DNA of 64,000 nt from Octopus vulgaris (Eukaryota). This document shows positions 48,497-61,899 of this stretch, piece after piece. The position numbers and the translations under genes are program-made. Numbering within the stretch: position 1 is the stretch's first letter; every line of letters begins with the position of its first letter. The stretch spans positions 34,844,001 to 34,908,000 of the forward strand of contig OX597840.1 of the NCBI GenBank assembly GCA_951406725.2. Reading direction: 5' to 3'. The notes beneath the pieces are model-generated. The model saw only the letters and a list, made by a program, of their open reading frames with translations. It was not told the DNA's origin and did not search any database.

Positions 48497-49416
48497 AACG
48501 GCAGACGAAATACCTATTTCTTTACTACCCGCAAGGGGCTAAACACAGAGGGGACAAACAAGTACAGACACACGGATTAAGTCGATTATATCGACCCCAG
48601 TGTGTAACTGGTACTTATTTAATCGACCCCGAAAGGATGAAAGGCAAAGTCGACCTCGGCGGAATTTGAACTCAGAACGTAGCAGCAGACGAAATACCTA
48701 TTTCTTTACTACCCGCAAGGGGCTAAACACAGAGGGGACAAACAAGTACAGACACACGGATTAAGTCGATTATATCGACCCCAGTGTGTAACTGGTACTT
48801 ATTTAATCGACCCCGAAAGGATGAAAGGCAAAGTCGACCTCAGCGGAATTTGAACTCAGAACGTAGCAGCAGACGAAATACCTATTTCTTTACTACCCAC
48901 AAGGGGCTAAACACAGAGGAGACAAACAAGGACAGACACACGGATTAAGTCGATTATATCGACCCCAGTGTGTAACTGGTACTTATTTAATCGACCCGAA
49001 AGGATGAAAGGCAAAGTCGACCTCGGCGGAATTTGAACTCAGAACGTAGCAGCAGACGAAATACCTATTTCTTTACTACCCACAAGGGGCTAAACACAGA
49101 GGGGACAAACAAGGACAGACACACGGATTAAGTAGATTAAATCGACCCCAGTGCGTAACTGGTACTTATTTAATCGACCCTGAAAGGATGAAAGGCAAAG
49201 TCGACCTCGGCGGAATTTGAACTCAGAACATAACGGCAGACAAAATACCTATTTCTTTACTACCCACAAGGGGCTACACACAGAGGGGCTAAACAAGGAC
49301 AAACAAACGGATTAAGTCGATTACATCGACGCCAGTGCGTAACTGGTACTTAATTTATCGACCCCGAAAGGAGGAAAGGCAAAGTCAACCTCAGAAGAAT
49401 TTGAACTCGAAACATA
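48497..49416 (-). repeat. Tandem array of five 183-184-bp SINE-derived units
   Basis: GCAGAC(G/A)AAATACC recurs at 48501, 48685, 48869, 49052 and 49236. Confidence 0.92.
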
Positions 49417-49820
49417 ATGAGCCAGCATCAAGTTACAATAACAATAATCATTTCTAACAAGGAAACAAGACCAGAAATTTGGGAAACAAGGGGTTATTCA
49501 ATTAAATCACCTCCAGTAGTTTAACTGGTACTCTATTTTATGTACTCTACAAAGATGAAAAGCAAAGATGACCATAGCAGAATTTGAACTCAGAACATTG
49601 GGAACCGCAACTAAATACTGCAATATATTTTGTCTGATGTTCTAACAATTCTACCAATCCACAGCAGTAAGAATGGTTTCGAATTTTGGCCCAAGGCCAC
49701 CAATTTTGAGGGGAGGGGCAAGACGATTATATGACCCCAGTACATGACTGGTACACTGGTACTTATATTATCAACCGGGGTGAAAGGCAAAGTTGACTGC
49801 AACAGAATAGTAATAATAAT

Positions 49821-49978
49821 GAGTGGCTGTGTGGTAATTAGCTTGCTAACCAACCACATGGTTTCGGGTTCGGTCCCACTGCGTGGCATCTTGGGCAAGT
49901 GTGTTCTGCTATAGCCCCGGGCCGACCAATGCCTTGTGGGTGGATTTGGTAGACGGAAACTGAAAGAAGCCTGTCGTA

Positions 49979-50027
<49 letters not shown>

Positions 50028-50240
50028 TTGTGTGTCTGTGTTTGTCCCCCTAGCATTGCTTGACAACCGATGCTGGTGTGTTGACGTCCCCGTCACTTAG
50101 CAGTTCAGCAAAAAGAGACTGATAGAATAAGTACTGGGCTTACAAAAAGAATAAGTCCCGGGGTCGAGTTGCTCGACTAAAGGCGGTGCTCCAGCATGGC
50201 CGCAGTCAAAATGACTGAAACAAGTAAAAGAGTAAAAGAG
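49821..50240 (+). mobile_element. Representative near-full-length tRNA-derived SINE with an internal microsatellite (other copies e.g. 19832-20200 +, 37545-37945 -, 13262-13636 -, 54777-55690 +, 56462-56862 +)
   Basis: A/B-box-like head (TGGCTGTGTGGTAA..GGGTTC(A/G)GTCCC), CTTGGGCAAGTG core, (TA/TG)n spacer and (GTAAAAGA)n tail. Confidence 0.85.
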
Positions 50241-50720
50241 TAATAATAATAATAATGTTTCAGCCAGATAATAGCCTAATATTTTAGGGGATAAAAGTAG
50301 TTAGAATTATTATGGACATATGTTTATAAAGGAGTTGGAAAAATCCGGCCAATAATAATATTTCCTGTCTGTTAGCATATTTTGCCTTGACCTTTTGCAT
50401 TTAGAATTTCAAGTTCTAATCCCAGCAGGGTTAATCATTGCATTTTCATCTCCTAGGGTGAGAAAGGAACAGAGACAACAAGAACACACAAACATAGTAA
50501 TACACTTTGGTAGGGGGGAGCAGGGTTAGATTCAGTCAAATCCACCCCTTCTCTCCAGACTTGTATCCTTCCTCCCGTCTTCTATAATCGTCTTCCAGCA
50601 AATTAAAAGCAACCAGAGCCATTGATGATGTCTCACATCTGCTGACAGCATCCCACAAATCTGATTGGTGGAAAACCCCTGCTGTGAGACCAACCAGCCA
50701 GCCAGCCAGCCAATCAGAAT

Positions 50721-52139
50721 TCAGTAAGGATACAGTGGTACATGTACATAATGGCGACTTTTGTTCCCAGCAAGATTTTCAAACGTGTCCACCAGTTTGG
50801 TAACGCTGACATGGTTCTTCCGGTGCCGATGTCTGACGACGTTGTCCTCTGATCTGTCTTTAGACTCGAAACGTCTGATAAGTTCTGAGGTCGTGGGTCC
50901 AGAAGAACTCAACCGTTTCCAATGATGTTGCTGGCTTCTGCTGCTTCTCAGACTTGAATATTTCTGTTTTGTGCTGCAAGTTTCCTGCGAAAGACAACGA
51001 AAAAGAAAAAGAGTCAAACACACGGACAGGCTTTGGTGGACGAGTTTTTAGCTGAATGAATAGAACCGAAATACTTATTTTTTTATGTCTAGTACTTATT
51101 CTATCAGTCTCTTTTGCCGAACTGCAAAGTTATGGAGATGTAAACACACCAACACCAGTTGTCAAGCAGTAGTGAGGAACAAACATGGACGAACGGACAG
51201 ATGGACATCCATCCATCCATCCATATATATATATATATATATATAGCCATCTATCCATCCATCCATCTATCTATCTATCTATCCATCCATATATATATAT
51301 ATATGCATAGGCACAGGAGTGGCTGTGTGGTAAGTAGCTTGCTTACCAACCACATAGCTCCAGATTCAGTCCCACTGCATGGCACCTTCGGCAAGTGTCT
51401 TCTACTATAGCCTCAGGCCAACCAAACCCTTGGATTTGGTAGACGCAAACTTAAAGAAGCCCGTCATATATATATATATATATATATATATACGTATCTA
51501 GAGAGAGAGAGAGAAATAGATAGATAGATAGATAAAGTGCAGTATAAAAAAGAGAGAGTATTATATGTCTTACTTTCAAATAGATATATGGTTACCCGCT
51601 GCATTATATTATGATGGATGTGAACAGCTGGAAAGACAAATAAAGATAAGTATGTTTATTTACCTTAGTAGACATCATTGAAATGTTGCTTTCACTGGAA
51701 GACTTCGATACGTCTGATGTTCTTAAAGCCATATTGTTTGTTGATGTTTCACTATTTCCTTCAGATGATGATAAATCCAGTTCACTCTTATTTGTCGACC
51801 AGACCTTCTTCCGTGGCGCCTTTTTCTCATAGCAACTGCTCTTGTCTTGAGTCCGCTGTACACCACAGTCATCACTCGTAACCTGCGTCTGCTGTTCGCA
51901 CAAGCCGTCCTCGAATGGAACCTGTTGTTCAGAGCTGCTGCTCTCATTTGATCTTTGCTGTTCGTGGTGACTGTTCCGGTCTTCTGCCGACCGTCCAATG
52001 CGGGTTCTTTGATCTTGAGTCTGCTGGCCATAACGATCCCGTTCTTTTTCTTTCGACCGATCACAGCACTTATTCTCCTCCTGTCTTTGCTCCCAGTCGT
52101 CACGTAAGCAGTTCTCTTCTTCTCTCTTCCCACTGTCTT
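50721..52139 (-). CDS. 3' exons of an uncharacterised protein (low-complexity, Ser/Glu/Gln/Arg-rich)
   Basis: Exon 51664-52139 (acceptor ttttaacag, donor AAG|gtaaat) is open for 476 nt (EDSGKREEENCLRDDWEQRQ..SNISMMSTK). It splices in frame to terminal exon 50721-50984 (acceptor tttcgcag; ETCSTKQK..HVPLYPY*). The sequence is non-repetitive and coding-like, but no family was recognised. Confidence 0.65.
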
Positions 52140-52465
52140 CTGTTAAAACAAATCAAATAACAACAACAACAATAATAATAATAATAATAGTAATAATAAT
52201 AATCCTTTCTACTCTTGGCACAAGGCCTGAAATTTGTGGGGAGAGGCTTATCAATTATATTGGCCCCTGTACACAACTGGTGCATATTTCATCAACTCCA
52301 AAGGATCAAAGACAAAGTTGACCTCGGCAGAATTTGAACACAGAGCATAGAGACAGATGAAATATCGTTATGCATTTTGCTTGGCATGCTAACAATTCTG
52401 CCAGCTCACCACCTTAATAATAATAATAATAATAATAATAATTATAATATCAACAACAATTGCAA

Positions 52466-53024
52466 ATATAAAGATCTTGAAATAGAAATCAGCAAAATGT
52501 GGAACCTGAAGGCTAAAACAATACCTGTTGTTATAGGTGCCCTAGGAATGATAGCAAAAGGGGCTGATTGCTACCTAGCCCAGATACCAGGAAACCCCAA
52601 AATGGCAGAGATTTAAAAGATAGTGCTCATGGGAACTGCTCATATCCTATGCAAAATACTTTCTATGTAATCTCAAGTTTTAAAACAAACATAATTTTCT
52701 TATGTTTTCTTAAACATTCTCTAGAACAATACTATGTACAAAACCAAATATATGGCACACTAGGCATAACACCAACATGAACTTCCAACTTGTTGTCTCT
52801 TGAGGTCTCTGGGTGAGACTTGGAGTCAACTTGTACAAACATAAAGCAAAAGGCAAACATAGAAGAATAATTAGAAGAGGAATATTCTGGGGAGACACGC
52901 TCTCTCCACTCCTTTCTATACATAGCACTGACACCTTTATCTGACATGCTAAACACAACTGAATGTGGATTCAACTGTTACGGCAAAGCAATCTGCCACC
53001 TCTTATATATGGATGACCTAAAAA
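52466..53024 (+). mobile_element. Rearranged R4/Dong-like (restriction-like endonuclease) LINE fragments next to (AAT)n
   Basis: KYKDLEIEISKMWNLKAKTIPVVIGALG (RLE C-terminus) followed by an RT fragment ICHLLYMDDLK. Confidence 0.7.
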
Positions 53025-53984
53025 TTGCTGGCCTTGTGCCAAAATTTGAAACCAATAATAATGATGATGACGATAATGATGATGATAGTGACACCAGTGG
53101 TGGTGGTGATGACAATAAGAGTTCTTGTCATGGAAGTGATTGTAGTAGATTTGGTGGTGGTGGTGGTGGTGGTGGTGGTGACGACGATGATGATGATGAT
53201 GATAATGATGGCAGCAGCAACAACAGTGGAGGTGCAATGGTCCAGTGGTTAGGGCAGCGGACTCGCAGTCGGAGGATCACGGTTTCGATTCCCAGACCGG
53301 GCGTTGTGTGTGTTTATAGAGCAAAAACACCTAAAGCTCCACGAGGCTCCGGCAAGGGGTGGTGGTGACCCCTGTTGTACTCTTTCGCTCCAACTTTCTG
53401 TCACTCTTTCTTCCTGTTTCTTGTCCCCGACTTCCTACATAACAGCTGAGCCTGGATGCGCATTCATCCATCCGCCAATGCTCTCGGTGTCGGGGGTTGA
53501 CCTGCTTTCTTTTCTGCGGGTCTTACAAATAGCAAAGGACCACGGATCGGACTTCTCCCACTACGGACGAAGACCGCTTCGCTCAACAGACAAACAAGCA
53601 GCGACAACAATGTCAATAATGATGTAGGTTTGGTTAGTTTACGAAGTACAAGAAAAAAGGGGGGAAAAAAAGAAAAGAAAACGGAAACGAATTATTTGGA
53701 ATCTAAAATAATCGTGAGACATGACCAACCTGATTTCTTTTGTCCTGATAGCTTGAATGTTTGCAGATATTTTATGGTTACCAGACCATACACTGAAATA
53801 AAGGATTAGGTTCGTTTTATTTGGTTGTAACATAAACACAGGGCTTGAAGACCTGGGGTGGAGGCAGAGTCACGTATACTGGACACAAGTTATGACTGGT
53901 ATTGACATTTGAAAGGATGACAGGTTAATATGACACAGGTGAGGTGTGAATTCAGAAAGTAAAGGACTGTAGTTGAATATTGTG

Positions 53985-54321
53985 AAACCCCCATTTTCGG
54001 CTATGGAGAATACGAATCTGCAAAAAAAAAAAATTGGCAAAAATCGGCATTTTGAAATTACACCCCATCCCCTAAATTCTTCATTTTTAACTTTTTTCAT
54101 TTTTTTTTTTTTTTTTCAAGATATGTGGGAAAATATAGAGATGATTCTGAAAAAAATTTCCAAAAAATATTTCTACTTAGGGTTAGGGTTTTAGGATTAG
54201 GGTTAGAGTTACGGAAAAAAGCGAGAAATGAAGAAATGGGAGGTGTGGGGGGGACAACAAACTTCAAAATTCCGATTTTTGACAACTTTCCGGAATCTCC
54301 GTATCCGAAAACATGGGCTTT
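53985..54321. mobile_element. Degenerate fold-back element with central TTAGGG-like repeats
   Basis: Imperfect outer arms AAACCCCCATTTTCGGCTATGGAGAAT / ATCTCCGTATCCGAAAACATGGGCTTT and inner arms CGGCATTTTGAA..TTCTTCATTT / AAATGAAGAA..TTCAAAATTCCG. Centre TTAGGGTTAGGGTTTTAGGATTAGGGTTAGAGTTAC. Confidence 0.6.
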
Positions 54322-54932
54322 TAGCAAAAAAAAAAAATTTTAAACAACAATTTGCGAGAAAATGGTGTGTGTGTGTGTGTGTGGGGGTATCTTTCCAATA
54401 TTGTTTACAGGACTAAATGTATCACCGTCAACAACAAAAGACAACGATAACAACAACACCAAAAACATAACAATAACATCGACGACACAATAAGCAGTAA
54501 GCAAGAACAACAACAACATTAGTGAACAGGTCTGTTGAAGCAGGTCTGACCTGGGGTTAAGCAGAAAGAAATTGAAGTTACACAAACTGCAAGGGAGGTA
54601 ACTTTTAACTAATAACAATTTTTGAAAATAATTTTGGCGTTTTTGCAAAATTGTAAGTTTTTATGGTCGAAGAAAACCAAAACAAAACAGCAAATACATA
54701 AATCAAAAGCAAAGCATCGGAATATGGACATAAAAAGAGGAGATGGCTGCGTGGTTGGAAGTTTACTGAAGTTGGGCAGGAGTGGCTGTGTGGTAAGTAG
54801 CTTGCTTACCAACCACATGGTTCCAGGTTCAGTCCCACTGCGTGACACCTTGGGCAAGTGTCTTCTACTATAGCTTCGGGCCGACCAAGGCCTTGCGAGT
54901 GGATTTGGTAGACGGAAACTGAAAGAAGCCCA

Positions 54933-55373
54933 TCATATATATATATGTATGTAGGTATGTATGTGGATGTATATATGTATGTATGTTTGTATATGTATGT
55001 TTGTATGTATGTATGTATGTGTGTGTGTGTATGTATGTGTATGTATGTATGTATATGTATGCATGTATATGTATGTATGTATATTTATGTATGTATATGT
55101 ATGTATGTATGTATGTATATGTATGTTTGTATGTATGTATATGTGTGTGTATGTATATGTATGTATGTGTGTATGTATGTATATGTATGTTTGTATGTAT
55201 ATGTGTGTGTATGTATATGTATGCATGTATATGTATGTATGTATATATGTATGTATGTATATGTATGCATGTATATGTATGTATGTATGTATGAATGTAT
55301 GTATATTTATGTATGTATATGTATGTTTGTATGTATATGTGTGTGTGTATGTATATGTATGTTTGTATGTATG

Positions 55374-55405
<32 letters not shown>

Positions 55406-55480
55406 TATGTATGTATGCATGTATGTGTGTATATGTATGTATGTATGTATGTACGTACGTGTGTGCGTGCGTGTGTATGT
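54933..55480. repeat. (TATG)n compound microsatellite expanded inside a SINE
   Basis: Flanked by the SINE 5' half (..GAAAGAAGCCCATC) and 3' half (GACAACCGATG..). Confidence 0.9.
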
Positions 55481-56040
55481 CCCGCGCCGTGACAACCGAT
55501 GTTGGTTTGTTTACGACCCCGTGACTTAGCGGTTCAGGAAAAAAGGGAGATCAATAGGATAAGCAGGTAGCAGACTTAAAAAACAACTAGTACTGCGGTC
55601 AGACTATTCATTCAGCTAAAAACCCTTCAAAGCAGTGCCCCAGCATGGCCGTAGACCAACGACTGAAACAAGTAAAAAAAAAAAAGATAAGCAAATAAGA
55701 GATTACCTTTGAACATCGCAAGTAGCCATAGACATATTATTAGGAAGAAACCGTAAACTGAAAATAAGAATATATAAATGTTAGCATATTGCCAATTCAT
55801 TTCAGGAAACGAGATGTCGGGGTATTTTCTATATTAAATCATTCTTTGGCAGACAAAACGTCTCACGTTCATTAAAAATACAAAATTAAACGATTTCAAA
55901 ATAAAACACTTGTAAACGCAAGCGTTGGGTTAACGGTCAAGGGAGATGACTCAAATACTTACCTTAAAATCTACAATTGTCTCCCTTGAACGTTGTGTAT
56001 ATGTATGTGTGTGTATGTATGTGTGAGCGTGCGTGTTTTT

Positions 56041-56085
<45 letters not shown>

Positions 56086-56864
56086 GGACAGTTAAAGAGA
56101 CTCGGGGGTAGGGGGTCTACGGAAGGCTATAGGCACACACCCTCTTTCCCCCGAGAGCAATCATAATTTTGTTTCAGTATAAAAAGACGAAAGAATTTTC
56201 AGATATTCCAGATATGACCATCACGGGATATTGTAACGACAACAATTTGTTATTTTTTAAAGATAAGATAAGGGAATTAATGCTGATTAAGTCATCGAGA
56301 TAGCGTTGACGTTTCACCGCCACCATAACAAACAATGGTAGTTCGTTTAGTGTAAATTTGTAAAATATTTTTTCAATTTCCTTAAACAGATATATTAATT
56401 TTCTATTATATTAACTTTCTATTTCATTGTATAATTTATACAAACGAAAAAGGCAAAAGAACGCAGGAGTGGCTGTGTGGTAAGTAGCTTGCTTACCAAC
56501 CACATGGTTCTGGGTTCAGTCCCACTGCGTGGCATCTTGAGCAAGTGTCTTCTGCTATAGCCCCGGGCTGACCAAAGCCTTGTGAGTGGATTTGGTAGAC
56601 AGAAACTGAAAGAAGCCCGTCGTATATATGTATGTATATCTCTGTATGTGTGTGTATATGTTTGTATCTGTATATATTCCCCCAACATCGCTTGACAACC
56701 GATGCTGGTGTGTTTATGTCCCCGTAACTTAGTGGTTCGGCTAAAGAGACCGATAGAATAAGTACTAGGCTTACAAAGAATAAGTCCTGGAGTCGATTTG
56801 CTCGACTAAAGGCGGTGCTCCAGCCTGGCCGCAGTCAAATGACTGAAACAAATAAAAGAGTAAT

Positions 56865-57130
56865 GTACCACGAAGTCCCTCAATTAGTCGCACACCACAA
56901 GGTTCAACGGAAGGTACTGTAGCAAGCCAAAACGCTTGCGACATTACTATGGGCGTTGGCGAGGCTAAGACGTTGGAACAGCCAAGCACCCTCACCAGCA
57001 TCACCTGACATCACGGTAAGGCGAGCCGCCAACGATGGCAAGAACTTCGCCGTTTGCGGCCCGGCCCCTCCAAACATCTCAAATTCCATAGGTTGGAAAA
57101 GATAGTTCACTGCCGGGTCCCGATATTTCA
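56865..57130 (-). mobile_element. CRE-like non-LTR retrotransposon 3' fragment
   Basis: FQPMEFEMFGGAG..WLFQRLSLANAHSNVASVL resembles the CRE-clade RLE C-terminus (FQRLSxAxQRGNAASV). Confidence 0.6.
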
Positions 57131-57246
57131 GGGAGTAGGGATCTCGCTTCGCCTTGCCTGAGATTTGAAACCAAATCTACCTGTTTGTTGCTTGTCAAAA
57201 CGATCGTACTGCCTTACCTCTGGATATCCTTGCTGCTTATTTTGAT

Positions 57247-57650
<404 letters not shown>

Positions 57651-58204
57651 TGTGTTTGTGTCTGTATATGTTCCCCCACCCCACCTTCTATTCCCCCGCT
57701 TGACAACTAGCGTTGGTTTGTTTACATCCCCGTGAGTTATTGGTTTGGCAATAAAGGCCAATAGTTTCAACACAAAAGACTATCAACAAGTTTAAACAAT
57801 TATTGATTAAAAATGAGAAACAGAGACGAAGTGTTGTGAGGATGCGTACGTGATGGACCACCTCCATCGAATGGAGTCAGTGAATTGGATTGCCACAATG
57901 TAATCGCATGGGGGACTTTCACTTGTCTAAACCCACCACACAGACGTACACCATAGATATTTTACTGGTCTAAACACATAGCGATTGTCTTTGTTTAAAC
58001 GTATTAAAGATTGCCTTTGATCTAAAGATACATACAGACATTCGTTACAAGAGATAAAGACACATGTACATACACAACCAAAAGCATTACCTGAGTGGGT
58101 TTTTTCGTTATTTTTGTTTTTGTTTCTAGGCTATGACAATCAGAAAAGCACACACGAAATAATCGTAAAAACACAAAGTGCATACAGACATAATCACAGA
58201 TAAC

Positions 58205-58614
58205 GGATCTTTTCGGTTTGAATGGCAGTTTTTTCTAGCGATGTCATATGAAATTGTCACCCATAATTATGACCCTAGTATCGATCTATTGCATTTCAAT
58301 CTGTTTTAGGGTTAGGGGTGGAGGGAAGGGTATCTTTTTTGATTCAGAAATGTAAATAAGCCCAATCTGTTTCTTAAACGAGGGACATATTCATACGGCA
58401 CAGAATGTTTTCACCTCAATAGACGTCAGTGATTGGTTGAAATTGTAGAAATGCAAGAAATTAAAGACCAAATATCTTACAAACTACAGAATTTTCTCAA
58501 GAAAGCCAAGAGAAAAATATGTTTTATAAACACATTCTACCAGTATACGAAGTTTAAAATTGTTTAGTTGCGTGGAAATTATGTTAAAAACTGCCGTTCA
58601 AACCGAAAAGATCC
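58205..58614. mobile_element. Complete MITE with about 29-bp TIRs, GG termini, 8-bp TSD and an internal TTAGGG/G-tract
   Basis: GGATCTTTTCGGTTTGAATGGCAGTTTTT / AAAAACTGCCGTTCAAACCGAAAAGATCC. TSD CAGATAAC at 58197-58204 and 58615-58622. Confidence 0.88.
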
Positions 58615-59274
58615 CAGATAACCACACACACACACAAGACATACATAGACAAATAATTATAGAAATACAAAAACACATACAACTACGTAAGCTAAAATAT
58701 ACATACACATACATACACTCAAAATAATCATTGCAACATATACACATACATAATCCGAAATTTACTCACACATACACACACAAAATAGTATAAGAAACAC
58801 AAAGACACACACATGAATGTGTAATCCCAAATACACACACGGGCACACGCAGTTTCTCCTAGGAACAAAATACTCTTTGAAAAAGTCACAAAAGCTGTCT
58901 TTGCAATCATACGGTTTTAGATTCTGTCCCGTTCGGTGCCACGTAAAAGCACCCAGCATACTGTGAAGTGGTTGGCATGTTAGGAAGGGCATCCAGCCGT
59001 TAGAAGCCTATCGTATATATGTATATATATATGTGTGTGTATGTTTGTGTGTCTGTGTTTGTTCACCCAACATTGCTTGACATTGCTGGTGTGTTTACGT
59101 CCCCGATACTTAGCGGTTCGGCAAAGAGACCGATAGAATAAGTATTAGGCTTACAAAGAATAAGTCCTGGGTTCGATTGGCTCGACTAAAGGCGGTGCTC
59201 CAGCATGGCCGCAGTCAAATGACTGAAACAAGTAAAAGAGTAAAAGAATAAGAGAATCTAATTGTTAAAAACAA

Positions 59275-59431
59275 ACACACACACACACATATATATATAT
59301 ATACACACATATATATATACACACATATATATATACACACATATATATATATATACACACACACATATATATATATATACACACACATATATATATATAT
59401 ATACACACACATTTATATATATACACACACA

Positions 59432-59503
<72 letters not shown>

Positions 59504-59688
59504 TATATACACACACACACATACACATATACACACACACACATATATATACACACACACATATATACACACACACATATATACACACACATATACACAC
59601 ACACACATATATACACACACACACATATATACACACACACACACACACATATATACACACACACACATATATACACACACACACACAT

Positions 59689-59731
<43 letters not shown>

Positions 59732-59810
59732 TATATACACACACACATATATATATGCACACACACACATATATATATATACACACACATATATATATAC
59801 ACACACACAG
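59275..59810. repeat. (CA/TA)n compound microsatellite
   Basis: Seen directly in the sequence. Confidence 0.95.
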
Positions 59811-60436
59811 ACAACAACAACATACAAACACCCACACAAAATTCTAAACTCTGACACAGACACAATATAACTCAAATGGCTGTTGATTAGGATAATCCGT
59901 TTGATAAAACCCTAATCCGGGATTAGCTGCATTCCAAGAAAATTCCACAGATTCCATTCTGCTCAAGTTCTGAGATCAAATTCTGACATTCGCTTTGGCA
60001 TTCATTCATCTCTGTCCTTCGCTGCCCACCCCTTCTGAAAGGACTGGAAGGCATAAAATATAATCAGGCAGACAGTGTTTAACCCCGAGTCGGGGAAGAC
60101 ATATACAAACACAAACACTGATTCATCAATACACACACACATCTATATCTTTCTATCTCTTATCATCTGCTTGTTCCAGTTATTGGACTGTGGTCATGCT
60201 GGGGCACCACCTTGAGAGATTGTAGCCAAACAAATCGACCCGAGTGTTTATTTTTAAGCTTTGGTATTTAATCTATTGATCTTTATTGGCAAACCGATAA
60301 CTTACAGGGATGTAAATAAACAAACAAACACTAGTTGTTAAGCGGAAGGATGGGGGAAGACATATACAAACACAAACACACATTCATACACACACACACA
60401 CACATCTATATCTATCTATCAATCTATCTATCTGTC

Positions 60437-60485
<49 letters not shown>

Positions 60486-60679
60486 ATATATATATATATA
60501 TATCTATAATAATCCATAATAATAATAATAATAATCTTTAATGAAATTATTGTATCTATCTATCTAACTGTCTATCTATCCATCTATATAAAGCATATGC
60601 AGTAATGTACAAATGTCTGGAAATCTATCTATGTATGAGTCAGATCTATCTATGTATGGAGGGAGAAAGATCATATATG

Positions 60680-60840
60680 TTGGCGAATCTCAGGAAGCAT
60701 GGAAGTTTTGAAGGATGCAGTGTTCCGACAACTAACAACCGATGCCGGCAGTTTGTTCCATGCTTCAGCAACTCTTAGCGGGAAAAAAATGTTTCCTGAA
60801 GTCACCTATGCTGTTTTCTGAACTGTAAATATGTCCAGGT
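60680..60840 (-). mobile_element. CR1-group LINE 3' fragment
   Basis: The minus strand encodes FRKHFF..LRVAEAWNKLPASVV..ASFKTSM. Confidence 0.6.
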
Positions 60841-60880
60841 GTTGTAAATATATATACAACTGTATATATATATACAACTG

Positions 60881-60935
<55 letters not shown>

Positions 60936-61094
60936 TTGTTAAAACAAAAACATTATCTTTTAAAAGTATAGTTATCAGTTTGATCTTTAAAAATAACGCT
61001 TTATTAGGGTAAGTTCTTAATTGATGAGTCACAATGCGGGATTTGGATGTGACAGGATTTTCACACACACACTCACACATATAAAATGTATATG

Positions 61095-61144
<50 letters not shown>

Positions 61145-61899
61145 GTTTATGTATTTTATGTATTTATATATATGTGGAGGCGCGTGGCTTAGTGGTTAGG
61201 GTGTCAGCATCATGATTGTAAGATTGTGGTTTCGATTCCTGGACCAGGTGACGCGTTATGTTCTTGAGCAAAGTACTTCATTTCACATTGCTCCAGTCCA
61301 CTCAGCTGGCAAAAATGAGTAACTCTGCGATGGACTGGCGTCCCGTCCGGCTGGGGAATACATACGCCACAGAAAGCGGGAAACCGGGAGCTCATAACTG
61401 AGACAGGAGCTATAGATTCATTTTAGGTTTTCAGTTTAGCAGATATATATATGTATGTGTGTATGTATGTATAGAGTGTTTGAAGTGATGTACAGATATT
61501 GTATATTAAGAAAAAGTGGGTAGTCAGAATTTTAGATAATACTATATTAGTGCTTTCGTCCATTCACGGGGACTCTTCAGATAAGTTTTACAGAAAATTA
61601 CTTTGCCTTTTATATAAATCGAAGAAAGGATGTTGTTTTGTTTGGTTTAGAAAAGGAGAAACAGAAAGTGGAAGGAAGAGAGGAGAGAGAAGGTGGAAAA
61701 GACATACATATATCTTACATACATCAAAAGGCCCTTGGAATTCCAGTGAAGCCTTTGGAGTTCCAAGATGCTACTAAAAATGTAGTTCATGTCATATTCC
61801 TGTGGCAGACATCACACCTGTGATTAGCAGATGCCAAAAATGTCATCAAGGTATTAAAATTAAATGATCTTATTTACCACAGCTTTAACCTTATCTAAC

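Larger units (their letters stand above)
53730..55757 (-). other. Two candidate small upstream exons (55707-55757, 53730-53792) of the uncharacterised gene
   Basis: 51 and 63 nt long, with acceptors ttattttcag and tttatttcag and donors AG|gtaatc and AG|gttggt. In the phase needed by the 476-nt exon they read YGFFLIICLWLLAMFK and VYGLVTIKYLQTFKLSGQKKS. Both are also open in another phase, so the frame is ambiguous. Confidence 0.35.

Noticed and set aside
48497-49416. CRISPR-like regular array
   Set aside because: Whole 184-bp units repeat with no unique spacers. The units are SINE-derived, the context is eukaryotic and there are no cas genes.
57850-58130. Further upstream exons of the orphan gene (57850-57926, 58091-58130)
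   Set aside because: Plausible splice signals, but the phases could not be reconciled with the downstream long exon without extra assumptions. Transcript data are needed.
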